From assembly GCA_965287045.1 (NCBI GenBank), contig OZ336874.1, positions 88,660,001-88,724,000 on the forward strand: DNA of 64,000 bases. Direction: 5' to 3'. Position numbers and translations under genes: made by a program. The stretch's first letter is position 1. The number at the start of each line of letters is the position of its first letter. Positions 49,535 to 63,290 of the stretch are shown here, in pieces. The notes beneath the pieces are model-generated. The model worked only from the letters and a program-made list of their open reading frames with translations, was not told where the DNA came from and ran no database searches. Source of the DNA: Carcharhinus amblyrhynchos (lineage: Eukaryota).

Positions 49535-50455
49535 CATAAGCATACAGAAAAGGAGCAGAAGTAGGCCATTTGGCCCCTCAAGCCTGCTCCACTATTCAGT
49601 AAGATAGTGGCTGATTTGCTTGTGTTTTAAGTTCTAAATTCCCATCTACCCCCGATAACCTTTGATTCCCTTGTCTAACAAGAATCTATCTGACCCTGCC
49701 TTAAAAATATTCAAAGATCCTGTCTCCAACATCTTCAGAGGTGGAGAGTTCCAAAGTTGCACAGCTCTCTGAGAGAAAAAGAAAAATCCTAATCTCTGCT
49801 CTAATTTTGAACCAGTGCTTTCTAATTCTGAACTCAATCACAAGAAGAAACATCCCTTCCATGTCCATCTTGTCAAGATGCTTCAGGATCTCATATACTT
49901 CAATCAAGTCACCGGTCACTGTTCTAAACTCCAGTGGAAACAAGTCTTGTCCAGTTCCTCATAAGACAATCAGCACATTCCAGGTATTAATCTAGTAAAT
50001 CTCCTCTGAACTGCCTCCCATGCGTTTATATCCTTTATTAAATTAGGAGACCAAACTCCCATACAACATTTGAGATCTAGGCCAAAGTTTTCCAGCAGGT
50101 CCCACCCTTTCTGTTCCACTGATGGCAAACGTCACCACAGGTTCCCTGGTGGCAGCGGGTGCAAACTACAGAGAAATCCAGTGACCGCATTGGGACTGGA
50201 AAATCCTGCCACCGGCCAATGGCAGGCCACCTCCACCACCAGAAAATACCCTGCGGGAGATTGGAAGTTCCCACCCCAAGTCTCATCAATGCCCTGTAAA
50301 CTGAGGCAGAACATCCTTATTTTTATGACCAATTCCTCTCAGAATAAAGGATGCATTCCATTAGCTTTCCTAATTACTTGCTGTACCTGCATACTAACCT
50401 CTTGTGACTCATGCAGTAGAACACCTAGATCCCTCTGCACCTCAGAATTCTGCAG
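49535..50455 (-). mobile_element. Older CR1 3' fragment with a MITE inserted at about 50080-50275
   Basis: LEFRTVTGDLIEVYEIL..; FFFSQRAVQLWNS; tail cataag..aggagcagaagtaggccattt. Confidence 0.82.
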
Positions 50456-51804
50456 CATTGAAGGCATTGGTGAGATGTAAAAGCAGATGAGAATTTAAGC
50501 CAAAGCCTTTTCTGCTTGTTCCAAGGCTTTAGATAAGTGTCAAGGATATCTCAATCACTATTGAAGTAAAGCAGTAAGCACTCCTTATGGCCTGCTCGTT
50601 AACCAATTCAACCAAGCGCATCAACTTGCCCTTCACCTCTTTGCTGTTGATGTAACTTAATTAACCAAAAAATGGCTGATATATAGCCAGTTTCAAAATG
50701 GAAGCATTTTTAAAGAAAAAATGAACTGTTTCAGCTTTTATAAGTTGATTCATGGTGAATTAAAGGCTGATATCCTATGCACTAAGAGCAAAGCTTTAAT
50801 TTCTGATCTGCCATGAAGGAGTTGCTAATTTAAAACAAAACATTTTCGCCATTTTGTTGGAGAAAAACTCCTCCCCTAATTTAAACAAAGAAAATCAAAA
50901 TTGCAATCACATACCTTATTTATCGTTGAGGAATTTTTGATAAATTATAAAATGTGGTGAGATGCTGTATGCTTGTTTCCTGTTTTCCATCCAAGGTAAC
51001 AACTCATATTCCTGGTGAAAAACAAAGTAAACCGTGGTACATTTTTATTTGTTTATTTCAATCCATTAAAGGAAAAACAGCAATGTAACCTTCAGGGCTT
51101 GAATTCAATCTTACTTATTAATATAACAGCCCATTCAGCCAATGTTACTTCATCCATAAAGAAAAATGCTGAAATCTTCCGACAGTATTGTCCAATTGTT
51201 TCTTAAATGATACCAAGGTTTTCATCTTCGCTACTCTGCCTGGAAGTTTATTATATCTATTGATTATTCTTTGTATTCTAAGTTTGTCTTTAATTAGTTT
51301 GAACCTGTGTTTCATTGTGTACTCTCATATTTTAATTGAAAGTAATATTCTGGATTTACTTTCTCATTTAATTAACTAGTTTAAATACATCTCTGATGTA
51401 TATTTTCTAGATTAAAAATCCAAATTTCTTTACTCTTTCTTCATTATTTACACATTAGGCAAGAGGGTCTAATATTGTGGTTCTTGTCTTCACTTCCTCA
51501 AGTACTTAAAGGTCTCCTTGGCAACATGCAAAAATTCAAGTGCAGTCAATTTCACCAAAGCAGTAAAAAAATTAATCACCACTTTCTCTGACTTTTTTGA
51601 ATGTTATATTGAATTTGTTGATCGATTCTATCTACCAGTTGGACATATTTAGCAGCAAGCCTAAGAAACTCTTAGACACCAAATTGGATCATGTCTGAAT
51701 TGGAACCTGCTGCAGCTGATGCAGCACATGCAGCAAACACACCTCCTGACATACCACCATGTCGAATTGGTCCGCCAACATTTTATTATGCCTTTCAAAC
51801 ATAT

Positions 51805-52090
51805 ACATAGAACAGTACAGCACAGTACAGGCCCTTCAGCCCTCAATGTTGTGCTGAGCTATGTCCAAACCCAAGATCAAGCTATCCCACTCCCTATAAT
51901 TCTGGTGTGCTCCATGTGCCTATCCAATAACCGCCGACTCCACTATCACAGCAGGCAGTGTATTCCACACCCCAACCATTCTGTGAGTGAAGAATCTACC
52001 TCGGACATCCCTCCTATATCTCCCACCATGAACTTTATAGTTATGCCTCCTAGTAACAGCTACATCCACCCAAGAAAATAGTCTTTGTCA
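51805..52090 (-). mobile_element. CR1 3' fragment
   Basis: catagaacagtacagcacagtacaggcccttcagccctc tail related to 45765-45810. Confidence 0.8.
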
Positions 52091-52229
52091 GTATGCAGTA
52101 TGATCTAAATTCAACCTTATTCAGTTCAATATAATTTAAGTGTGTCATTTATTTTTCCTGCCTACAGGTAGCATTTTCCATTTGTTTGTAATGCATTGCA
52201 ATTGATATTCTCCAGCTAACTGCTGTCCA

Positions 52230-52992
52230 TTAGCAGCAAGACCTGGACAATATCCAGTGGCAAGTAATACTTGCAGCACACAAGTGGCAGGAAATGACTA
52301 TGTCCAACAAGATAGAATCTAACCATCTTCCCTTGACATTCAGTGACATTACCATCATTGAATCACCGACTATCAACATCCTGGGAGTTACCATTGACCA
52401 GAAACTGAACTGGACTAGCCATATAATTACTGAGCAGGTCACAGGCTGGGAATTCTGCAGATTAATTCACCCTCAGACTTCCCAAAGCCTGACCACCATC
52501 TATATAACACGTCAGGAATTTGGTGGAATGCTCTCCACTTTCTTGGATGAGTGTAGCTTCAATAATGCTAAAGAAGCTTGACAGCATTCAAGACAAAATA
52601 GCCTGCTTGACTGGCACCCCATCCACCATCTTAAATATTCACTCCTTCCATTACCAATGCACAGTAACAGCAATGTATACCATCTCCAAGATGTACTATG
52701 CAACTCACCAAGGCTCCTATGACAGCACCTTCCAGATCAGTGACTTTTACCACCTAGAAGGATAAGGGTGGTAGATATATGGGAACACCACCACCTGCAA
52801 GTTCCCCTCCAAGCCTGACTTGGAAAAATATCGCTGTTCCTTCATTGTTGCTGGGTCAATTTCCTGGAATTCCCTCCCAAACAACACTGTACGGTTTTAA
52901 AAAGGCAACCCACCACTACCTTTTCAAGAGCAATTTAAGACAGACATATAAAAGACTGGTCGGCCTGTAATGCCAACATCCTATGAATGACT
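52230..52992 (+). mobile_element. CR1-group LINE family B, RT C-terminal region plus 3' UTR
   Basis: QQDLDNIQ, MTMSNKIESNHLPLTF..INILGVTIDQKLNWTSHI, SPLSWMS..LKKLDSIQDK; exact clade not resolved. Confidence 0.82.
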
Positions 52993-53309
52993 AAATAAAA
53001 TAAAACATTTTTGTTATATTCCAGTGACCCACGTGTATAGTAAGCTTTGATATTCTCCCGAAGCCATGTAACAATTGCCCAGACTGAGGCAGAGAATGAC
53101 CATGCTAAATCATCAATATCTTGAACTTTTCTTATGGAAATGACCATTGTTGCTGAGACTGAGAACATATCTATTCTATAAACCCCAAAATATTGACAGC
53201 CATTGATATACACATTGTTTATATGCTAGCACACAGGAAAAAAAATCTTCAGTACATACCACCTGTATATTCTTATCAAATGCATTTGACCAATCTATTT
53301 GTCAGATCA

Positions 53310-53560
53310 ATCATAGAATCATCGAACCCCTGCAGTACAGAAGAGACCATTCAGCCCATTGAGTCTGCACTGACTCTGACAGAGCACCTTAACCATGATC
53401 TCTCCCCCACTCTATCCTTGTAACCCTACGTATTTACCCCTCAAATCCCCCTAACCTACACATCTTGGAACATGAAGGGGCAATTTAGCATGGTCATCCA
53501 CCCTAACATCTTTGGACTGTGGGGGGAAACAAGAGCACCCGGAGGAAAACCACACAGACC
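53310..53560 (-). mobile_element. HE1-type V-SINE, 5'-truncated
   Basis: Tail atcatagaatc..cagtacagaagagaccattcagcccattgagtctgcac and V-domain atctttggactgtgggggaaac. Confidence 0.85.
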
Positions 53561-54799
53561 TGCACTTTTGTTTCTTTTTCAACACATTCCAGAATATTTT
53601 TGCCACTTGGAAGTGGAAGAATTCTGAATTCCAGTCCTGGTAAATAGGGTAATAAAAGATGCCATTCAGAGGCATCTTCCTTATCTATACTGCGAGCTTT
53701 GCAATCATGAGAGTGCATTGTTAAGAGTGCAGTTAAAGATAAGGAGAGAAGAATCAAAAGGAAGGGTTTAGTGCAATTAATTATAAAATAAGAAAAATAT
53801 CACATTTTTAATTTGAAAAAAATACCTGTCAAGAAATATGTTACAAGTTCATGAGAGTTTGAAAAGTGTTGGAAGATTGAAATGATTGTCAACTTTTCCC
53901 CTTACCTACCTCTGGTTTATGGCATGAAAATGTCCTCTCTGCCAGCTGTAAAGATTCACAAGAAATGAATATGGCCCAGCTGACTCCTTTGTCAAAAGCA
54001 GCAGCATACAGAACAAAACAAACCATCGGCCAGCACAAATTGGCAATCCTAGCTGAAGGACCATAAAAGAAGATGATGTGCGTGGCAGGTGAAAAGATTT
54101 ATACTGCTCCAGTAAGGGAGCCTTTCTAAAGCTGAAGTGAAGACATAGCTTGGAAGTAACATAAAGAAATCTTTACTCTGAACCTGCCTTTTTCCTTGCG
54201 AGTGTATGAGTAACATCGTTATGATCAAAAGTTTCACAAAAACCTGCAAATGTAAAAATGTTTCCAAACTCACAAAATATTTATATTTTGTAACACAAGG
54301 GTGGTGCTTCCAATATAACGCACCCAAACAGAAACTAACTGGATCAGGTCAGATCAGATGTCCATTGAAATCAATGGAAAATAAAATGGGACAGTGTAAA
54401 ACAGGTCAATTAGCCATTCACACCAATTTTCTGATGGCAGCCAAGGTTAAAATTGCACTTCACAATCCAGAATATCACATTTAGCTGAGCACTGCATGTG
54501 CATTGACTTTTGCTTATGTTATCGTACCTTAAAATAGCATCTGTGTTAATACAACATTACAGTACAGAAGGAAGCCATTTGGTCCATTGCGTCTGCACCA
54601 AAAACAGTTCCACCTAGGTTCTATCCCCATGTTAATTAGATAATGTTAATTAGAAAAACCTTTAAAATAAATGAATAGAGAGGCCATCTGTTGGTCTTGT
54701 TTTGGTTTGTTTGATTTGTCTCATTGATGTTAATATTTGCACATTGTGTTTGCTAACTGCATGGTATGGTGTTCAGGCCTGTGCTAACCATAAGAAAAA

Positions 54800-55105
54800 C
54801 AGTAGCCAATCTGTACATGGTGAGGTCCCAAAAACAACAATGAGTTTAATGAACAGTTAATGTATTTTAGTTGTGCTTATTGGGGAATTAATGCTGGCAC
54901 AGACCACTCTCATGCACTCCATTAAGTGGTGACATGGGATCTTTTACAATTCAGTTAAACATTATATCTGAATCATCTGACTGCCACGTTCCCTCAATAA
55001 TGTGCTCAAATGTTTGCTTAAAGCACCTACTCAAGTTTCTGGAGTTTGGTTTGACTCCACAATTTTCTGATTTCAAAGTAAGTAATTTCACTAAGCCAAG
55101 GCTCA
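54800..55105 (-). mobile_element. Deu-domain SINE
   Basis: gtagccaatctgtaca.., catgggatcttttaca, ctcaagtttctggagt head region. Confidence 0.65.
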
Positions 55106-55697
55106 CATCTAAATGAAAGATATTACTGTTCCAAAGTATCGGATGATGCATTTAATCGTCTTGTGCTTGTCTACCAGTTTTTGGCTATCTAAGGAAGAAA
55201 TGCAAGAAGCAATGTGCTTTCTCAAAAGGAGATTGAACCAGAATGCGAAAGATTGAAGGAGGTTTTAACCTTTTCACCTGCCAACATCTGGGGACCCAGT
55301 AGCAGCAGAAAAACTGAGATTTGCGGTTTCCCCATATACTGTATCACATTTTAACTCGACAGAATTGTATGGCATCATTGATAGGTTCTTGACCCAGAAG
55401 CCAACCTGATTGGCAGGCTTAGCTTCTAGTCAGATGGGGAATGGTGGGGAAGTGAATGCACAATCCAGAGGTAGGTCTGAATCGCGACCCTGGTGCAATT
55501 TTTGAGAGGTGTAGGGGTTCATTCCCTCATCCTTGCATTGAAAAGCCAACCTAGGTTGTGTGTTTAAGTGTCTGAAGTGAACCACAAAACCATAATCTGC
55601 TAATTCTGAGGCAAGGCTGAAGCCCAAATGATGAGATGAGTCTTTCAATACCCCAGAAGAAGGACAGAAAGGGAATCAATGATCAAAACAATCCCAA

Positions 55698-55790
55698 AAT
55701 AAAAGCAAGATGCTGGAAATCTGAAATAAAACAAAAAAATGCAATGACTCTTCTTTGGAAGCTCTGAAGAAGAGTCACACGGACGTATAA
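55698..55790. mobile_element. Penelope-derived end remnant with partial hammerhead core
   Basis: aaaagcaagatgctggaaatctgaaa matches 4306 and 33812; gactcttct / agaagagtc inverted pair; CTGAAGA-a-gagtc-acacg-gac with no intact GAAA. Confidence 0.5.
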
Positions 55791-57427
55791 ACCAATCTTT
55801 ACTGATTTCATATTCCCTCAATCAATTGAAGGTGCGCATTGGCTGGGCCTCTACCCAACAGGCAGGGAATGCTTCCTAGGTTGGGAAGATACAATTGGAT
55901 CAGAGAAAATAACGTACAGATTGGTGAGAAATAAATAACATTTAACGCTATAAGACATTTTAATGGAATCAAAAGGAAAACATGAAAGGAATGCCGAGGC
56001 AAACTAAATAATCATTAGAACCAAATGTGAAACCAGAGAGAGAAAGCAAGCAGACAAACGGGGGAATTGGAATAAAAAGGTAAAAGGGATAAGAAACAGA
56101 AGGTTAAAAAAATGACATGAAGTAAGGAATGTGAAAGCAAAATATTAAAAATCATTGGAATGAATATCACTAAAAGAGAAAGAAAGCAATAGCTGGAGTA
56201 TTTTTTTAGTTGCAGCTGTTCCCTGATCCTCCCTCTGGAATTCTCTGCAGTTTATCCATTGGAAACCAGTCCAATGTCTCCAGTAGCAGATTGATGTCAT
56301 ATGTCCTTGGTCGGAGACCTGGATGAGTGCCAGAGGCTGATACATAAACAAAGTTCCACTCAAACATTCAAGGCCAATCCAACAAGCTGCGACAGCTGGG
56401 CTTAGAACCCTCTCTCACAATACAATGGAGCTTTGCTGTGGAGGACAATATTAGGTCAAAACTTCTGGTGACTTACATTCTTCACCAGCCTATTGAAACA
56501 ATCTAGAACTTGAATGGTCCATTTGTTCAACGTGTGCCTGCCTGCGCTACCTTGATAAGAATGTCTGTGCAGGAAGTACTTGTTTTTCCTTCTTGATAGA
56601 GATGTTTTGGTGCTCTATAATTTCAAATATTTAAAGATTGTAACGTAAGGGCATAAACCACGCAAGCCAAATTCAACACTGATGCTGTTTTCAGGCTCAG
56701 CATTTTTACAAAATAGGAGTCGAATATAACCTGGTGCCAGGAAGACATAACTGTACAGTCAAAGCTGGAGCTTTCTTGAGTTACTGTGTGACTGTAGTAA
56801 TCTATAAGATGAATAATCAAACATTATCCATGTTAGATTATCAGTTTCTGTGGTTCATAATATCTGAAAGATAGAGGCCCGTGTGAATTTTAAGCTTTGT
56901 GGGTGCAATAGCTTCACAAAAAACAGAATAAAATATTCAAATTTTCCTATTTTTCACAGAAATCACCCTAAATCACAGAATGTCCAAAACTGCCCAAATG
57001 TAGATAGAAATCCATGAAGGTTATTCTTTTTGCCTTACAACCGTTCCTCCTTTAGGTGCCTCAGGTATTGTGTCCCATATTTATGCTTATTTCTTCAGCT
57101 ACAAGGATAGATCATTCGATCTGGACTGTGGCCCTCTGTGTATCTAACATAAATGTTGCTCCATTATTAGCTGGTAAAAAGTAAGAACTTATCTTGCTTT
57201 TTTTCCTTATCTTAGAAGTAAGTTGGACATTTATTGTTTTCCCTAACTGGGGAGCACAGGGAAATGGATTGTGTGAGAGACGAAAACAGCATATTGTGTT
57301 CCATATAAATAATCCAGCGAATGGTTTAAAACTACCTGTTTTGACAAAGAACTTTTTTAGTTTCCTTTCAGCAAAGAGCAGAGAATTTACATGGCAGTAT
57401 GTAATATATTTCTGGAGCAAGTACAAG

Positions 57428-57620
57428 GGGTAAAACTACCATAGTCACAGATTACCAACAGTGATTTAACCTGAGGATCACTACACCTCAAGCGAGGGAC
57501 AAGGTTGAGAATGTGGGCCTTCATGAATAACCTCAACCAGTACGGAAATTTAACCCAAGCTATCAGTGTCACTTTTCATCACCAACCAGTTGTCCAACCA
57601 ACCAAGCTAAACTGGCCCCC
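57428..57620 (-). mobile_element. tRNA-derived SINE (another family)
   Basis: Minus strand reads tttagcttggttggttgg (A-box-like)..gggttaaatttcc (B-box-like)..gaggttattcatgaaggccc..cctcaggttaaatcac. Confidence 0.65.
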
Positions 57621-58232
57621 GACCATAGCAAGTACACATTACTGTTTGTATCCTTGCATCACACTATTGTTTAGCTACATATTGTGCAAAGGAAGAACCC
57701 TGGGGGTGATAATGCATATGCAATCCTCTTATGGGGTGTTCATTAGCATTAAGCCAGTCAGAATATCTAGCAGGAAGTTCAGAAACTGGAGCAGACAGCA
57801 CAAATGAAATTAGCTGAATTCCATGTTTAACCCTTTCTTTACATATTTCCAATTTTCTGATGTTGTGGTTCTGGCGGGGTCTCTCCCACCAAAATTACAC
57901 ACTAGAAATTCTGCCATACTGTGTGCTCAGAAAACCATGCATGCCAATTATCAAGATTTCTAATATCCATTTTCAACAAACAGGGTTCCACAAAGGGAGT
58001 ATACTATCCCCCATGTAAGCATTACACAATCATTTGGATCCAAAGGTGGAAAATTAGGTTATCCAGAAATTATGCGATTATCTTCATTGAAAAGCTAATG
58101 GTGCAGAAATGAGAAAAGCATAACACAAATCATTTAATTTATCTTTAAATTAATTTATCATCTAAATCATACTTCAGATCCTGATTTGATCTTATTTATC
58201 TTATATGTTTACCTTAGACATTAAACAATACT

Positions 58233-58740
58233 TAAGCACCACCTCAATTTTAAAATTCTCATCCTTGTTTTCAAATCCTGTTTTAGCCTTGTGCCCCCTC
58301 CCCCCCACCCCCACCACCACCCCCCACCATCGCTCTGATCTCCTCCATCCCCACAACAATCCAATAATTCTCCAGTGGCCTTGACCTTAGCTGTCCAAGC
58401 CCAACCTCTGGAATTCTAGAATTCACGCTAGAATTTTCCATCTCTCTATCTCTCTTTCTTTCTTTAAAATGCACCTTAAAACCTACCTCTCTGGCCAAAC
58501 TTTCGATCATCTTTTTTGATATATGACTTATGCCAAAATTTTACTAGCATTCCCGCCCCGATTCTGGGAAGGGCAAGGCTCACAGAACAGCATTCCCTGT
58601 TGGCCTTGGGTGGGCTCTTACAAGCCTCGGGCAGGTGAGGCGGTAAAATTCCAGTATTAGTGTCAAACTTAGTTTTATAATGCTTCTGTGAAATGGATTA
58701 AGGTTTTTTATGATGTCTAAGTTGCCACATAAATACAATT
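58233..58740 (+). mobile_element. L2 LINE 3' end, interrupted by a MITE at about 58536-58653
   Basis: aattttaaaattctcatccttgttttcaaatcc (FKILILVFKS), ctctggaattc (LWN), tctttaaa..ccttaaaacctacctc (FK..LKTYL). Confidence 0.7.
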
Positions 58741-58958
58741 TAAATTTGTAATAAGACTTGCTTTTAATAGACCATTGATGATTTAGAATTTTCATTTTTG
58801 TTCTTACCAAATTCGTTGTTATATTAATTTCCCACAAATTAATAGGCTTATTATAGTTCTCATGATTACATTACTGGTCTTTGAATATTTTAGAAAGATG
58901 ACTATTTTCAAATCAAAGTATATTAACCCTTTGTTACGTAAATATGGACAAGATCAAC

Positions 58959-60257
58959 CATAAGAACATAAGAAATAGGAGCAGGAGTAGGCCATCTAGC
59001 CCTTCGAGCCTGCCCCACCATTCAATAAGATCATGGCTGATCTGTCGTGGCTCAGTTCCACATTCCCACCCTCTCCCCATAACCCTTAATCCCCTCGCTT
59101 ATCAAAAACCCATCAACCCACGTCTTAAAAATATTTAGCGAGGCAGCCTCCACCACTTCAACGGGCAGAGAATTCCAGAGATTCACCACCCTTTGAATGA
59201 AGAAGTTCCTCCTCAACTCCATTCTAAACCGCCCCCCCCTTTATCTTGAGGCTATGCCCCCTAGTCCTACTGTCGTTTCTGAGCGGGAAGAGTCTCTCCA
59301 CCTCTATCCTATCCATCCCATTCATCATCTTATATGTCTCAATGAGATCTCCCCTCATTCTTCTAAACCCTAACAAGTACAAGCCTAGTTTATTCAGCTT
59401 CTCCTCATAGCTCAACCCCCTCAACTCCGGTATCAGCCTAGTAAACCTCCTCTGCACTCCCTCCAAGGCCAAAATATCCTTGCGTAAGTGCGGCGACCAA
59501 AACTGCACACAGTACTCCAGCTGCGGCCTCACCAGTGCCCTACACACCTGCAGCAAGACTTCCCTACTTTTATAGTCAATCCCCCTCGCTATGAAGGCCA
59601 GCATCCCAGTAGCCTTCCTGACCACCTGCTGCACCTGCAGGCTGGGTTTTTGCGACTCATGCACAAGGACCCTGAGGTCCCTCTGCACCGTCGCCTGCTG
59701 CAGTTTTTCACCACGTAAGTAATAGTCCTTCCTACCATTATTCCTACCAAAGTGGACCACCTCGCACTTGCCAACATTAAATTCCATTTGCCAGTTCCTG
59801 GCCCATTCGCCCAGCCTATCTAGATCCTTCTGCAGACTCTCCACACCCTCCGCGCAATTTGCCGTTCCACCAATCTTGGTGTCATCAGCAAATTTCGACA
59901 CCATACACTCGGTTCCCTCCTCCAGATCATCTATATAAATGGTAAATAGCTGAGGCCCCAGAACCGACCCCTGGGGCACTCCACTAGTCACCAACCGCCA
60001 ATCCAAATAGCATCCATTGACCCCCACTCTCTGCCTCCTATTTGACAGACAATCCTCTATCCACACTAACACCCTACCCCCAACTCCATGCCCCCTTACC
60101 TTCTGCAATAACCTCTTGTGAGGTACCTTGTCAAACGCCTTCTGAAAATCAAGAAAGACCACATCCACTGGCTCTCCTCTATCCACCGCCCTGGGCACAT
60201 CCTCATAGAACTCCAATAAATTTGTCAGACACGACTTCCCCTTAACGAAACCGTGCC
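58959..60257 (-). mobile_element. Young CR1 LINE, 5'-truncated; 330-aa open RT segment (59224-60216) with a frameshift in a G-run near the C-terminus
   Basis: VDVVFLDFQKAFDKVPH, GVPQGSVLGPQLFTIYIDD, SKFADDTK; same subfamily as 13549 and 38161; ends KGGAV* instead of KGGRFRTEL. Confidence 0.96.
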
Positions 60258-60619
60258 ATCCCTTCTCCCAATTCTATTCTTGTCGATGTATATTTTTTGA
60301 TCATTGGTCATCATGTCTATTCATATGATCTAGTTTCTAATGACAATTTGTGAATGTTTTTTTTCTCTGACGAATCACCTATTGTACCAACCACGAGAAA
60401 AAACATTTTATCATTCTATTGTTTCCTGTTGTGGTATATTGAAAAATATAATTGCTACATCTTTACCTGCTTTTTTATATTTTCTCCCTACATCGTATTG
60501 GAAAAGTGCAATTGGTTGATTGCGACTTAGAGTCGCAGAACAGAAAAAAATTGATTCATCATACCTGGACCACCTCTTTGAAGGTGCTGTCCATTTTGGT
60601 CTCAGCCTTTTCCTCATAA

Positions 60620-61430
60620 TGCTGCAAATTAGTTCTCTTTAAACTCATGTCCAACTGACTTCAGTTTTTGTATTTGATTCCACCACCCCTTCATGTGCTG
60701 TGTTCCAAGTCCCAACAGTCCTCTGTGTGAAATAATTTATCCTCATTTCCCCTTCAGTTATTTTGCCAATTATTTTAAATTTATAAAATCTGGTTGCCCA
60801 CTGTTAGAGGAAACATATCTCCCTACTTAAAAAATCTTTCATTATTTTTAATATCTCTATTAAATCTCCCCTTAGCCTTTCCTCGGGGGCAACTATTCCA
60901 GCTTCTCCAATTTTTCCACTTAACTGAAGTTTCTCATTCTGTTATCACCCAGTTATATATCCTCCATCCCCTCTCTCAGGCCTTGAAATTCTTCCCAAAG
61001 TGTGATGTCCTGAATTGGACACAATACTGCAGCCTAATCAGTCATTTGGAAAGACATTGCTTGATTTCTGTACTTTTGTATTCAATGTCCTATTTAGCTG
61101 TAAACTGCAGGAAGATATCAACAAACTGGAATAATGGATGGAACAATGACAAATGGTGTTCAGTCGAGAGAAGTGTGAAGTAATGCAAGACCAGAGAATA
61201 CACTATTAATGGTGGGATTTTGAGAAATATAGAGGAATGGAGGGAAATACATCAACACAGACCCCCTGAATGTAGTTGGTCAAGAAAGTACAGAGGATAC
61301 TTGCCTTTATTAGTTGAAACATATAAGACCTGGAAGGGTATGCTCAAATTATATAAAACACTAGTTAGACCACATCTAGAGGACTGTATGCAATTCTAGC
61401 CACTGCATTATAGGAAAGATGTGAATACAA
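60620..61430. mobile_element. Two old CR1 fragments in opposite orientation (about 60620-61095 minus, about 61095-61430 plus)
   Basis: gaattggacacaatactgcagc (minus); tataaaacactagttagaccacatctagaggactgtatgcaattct (YKTLVRPHLE.C.QF, plus). Confidence 0.7.
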
Positions 61431-61434
61431 AGAG

Positions 61435-61680
61435 GGATAAGGACAGCAAACACATGGGAACACCATCACCTGCAAGTTCCCCTCCAGGCCAGACACCAAC
61501 CTGACTTCAGACTATACCATCGTATCTATGGGCTGTGTCAAAATCCTGGAACTCCATCTTTAACAGTGCAGTGGGTGTTTCTACACCACATGGACTGCAG
61601 TGGTTCAAGAAGGCAGCTCACCACTACCTTCTCAAAGGCAGTTGGGGATGGACAGTACAGCAATGCTAATAACCTGTGAA
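61435..61680 (+). mobile_element. CR1-group LINE family B 3' end
   Basis: catgggaacaccatcacctgcaagttcccctcca..ggttcaagaaggcagctcaccactaccttctcaa. Confidence 0.8.
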
Positions 61681-61749
61681 TTAATTTTTTTAATATGTTA
61701 TATATAATCATCTATAGGTTATTAATTAATTGATTAGCCTCAGGTTCTG

Positions 61750-63290
61750 TGCACAGATTGAATAATCTTGGCAAAAGTATAAAGTCTTGCCATTCACCTC
61801 TCTTGACCTGTACCATATCTGATTGTACCTCTTCTAGCTTAATACTCACTATTTGGTCCCGCTATAGCTCTGGACATATCTCACATCTTTACCGACAATG
61901 TCACATTTCAGTAGCAATCTCTTAACATGATCAAATGCAAATATGAATGCTCTTGCTTACTTTTAGATATTTATTGATGATTATTCTTAGGCTAAATACT
62001 TCCTGTCTTGATTCTACATCAGGCTTAAATCAAGATTGTATTTCAGCAATTTCTACTTAAAATGTGTAATTACATCTTTCCATTATGATTTTCAAGATCA
62101 CTTTAATGAGGTAATTCATTGAGTTTATTGTTCTAAAATGACTGCATTCCAATGAATTGTAGAATCAGACAGTGCAGAAGAGGTCCTTTGACACATTGAG
62201 TCCACACTGACACATTAGAAATACCTGAACTCCCATCTAATCCCATCTACGGACCAGCACTTGGCTCACAGCCCTGAATGTTATGAAATGCCAGGTGCTC
62301 ACCCAGGTACCTTTTAAATGATGTGAGGCAACCTGTCTCGACCACCCTCCCAGGCAGTGCGTTCCAGACTCACCACCCTCTGAGTAAAAAGGTTTTTCCT
62401 CACAACCCCCCTAAACCTCCTGCCCCTCACCTTGAACCTATGTCCCCTCCTGAATGACCTTTCAACTAAGAGAACAGCTGCTCCTTATCCACTCTGTCCA
62501 TGTCTCACATAATCTTGTACACGTCGATCAGGTTGCCCCTCCTCTGCTCCACCGAAAACAAGTCTATCCAATCTCTCATCATAAATGTTCCACCCCCAGC
62601 AGCATCCTGGTGAATCTCCATTGCATCCCCTCCAGTGCAATCGTATCATTCTGATAATGTACAAATTTCTTAGGTAACATAGTAAGTAACAAATGCCACT
62701 TGGAATGCATTCTTTGTTATAAACTTCATCACAAATTTCAGGTATCACTTCAAATATTGTTTTCTCAAGGGTTTTAGATGTTCAGTTGTTACTGCATCTA
62801 TATCTAGAGCTTCTTGTGTACTCATCAGTTTCAAAGCATTCTTCACCTCCTATCAGAATGTTTACACCATCACTCGCCCCAATGTCTTGAGGTCTCCCTT
62901 GATTTGGATCATCATATAATTCACTTGTTTTTCCAGTCCATCTTTTTGTTACTGTATCCCTTTCAAACAATATTCCCCCTTTTTTCTTTTATGCATTGAC
63001 TATCTGCTGTTATCTCTTTCTTTCTATTTATCAAAGACTTCACCTTCAGCTGCATAGCTCTCATTGTGTGATTTCTTTCCAGCTCCAGTACTTCATCACA
63101 CATCTCATTATACCATTTCTCTTTCGCCTGCCTACATGCATTCTTTATTTCATTTTCAATTAAATCATACTCAGATGTGTTTACCTTCATTCCTCTTTCT
63201 ATCATCATTGCTAAAACTTCATTTGTCATCCATTTTTCTTTTACAGCGTGTTGAATCCTCACTTCATGTTTCTCCATTTGCTCTCTACTT
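61750..63290 (-). mobile_element. Degenerate RTE-clade LINE (linker plus RT N-terminus), split by a CR1 at 62160-62655
   Basis: KEKWMTNEVL..EIKNACRQAKEKWYNEMCDE..CIKEKRGNI, RW..SELYDD; resumes left of the CR1 with FRTINSMNYLIKVILKII..EIAEIQ. Confidence 0.8.
62160..62655 (-). mobile_element. CR1 3' fragment (same subfamily as 37348-37850)
   Basis: Colinear with 37350-37845 (cctaatccca..ccagcacttgg..accaccctccca..gagtaaaaa). Confidence 0.85.

Noticed and set aside
59224-60216. 330-aa reverse transcriptase ORF as a functional or domesticated gene, retron or DGR
   Set aside because: It is a 5'-truncated CR1 ORF2 lacking the endonuclease, with a C-terminal frameshift and near-identical dispersed copies.
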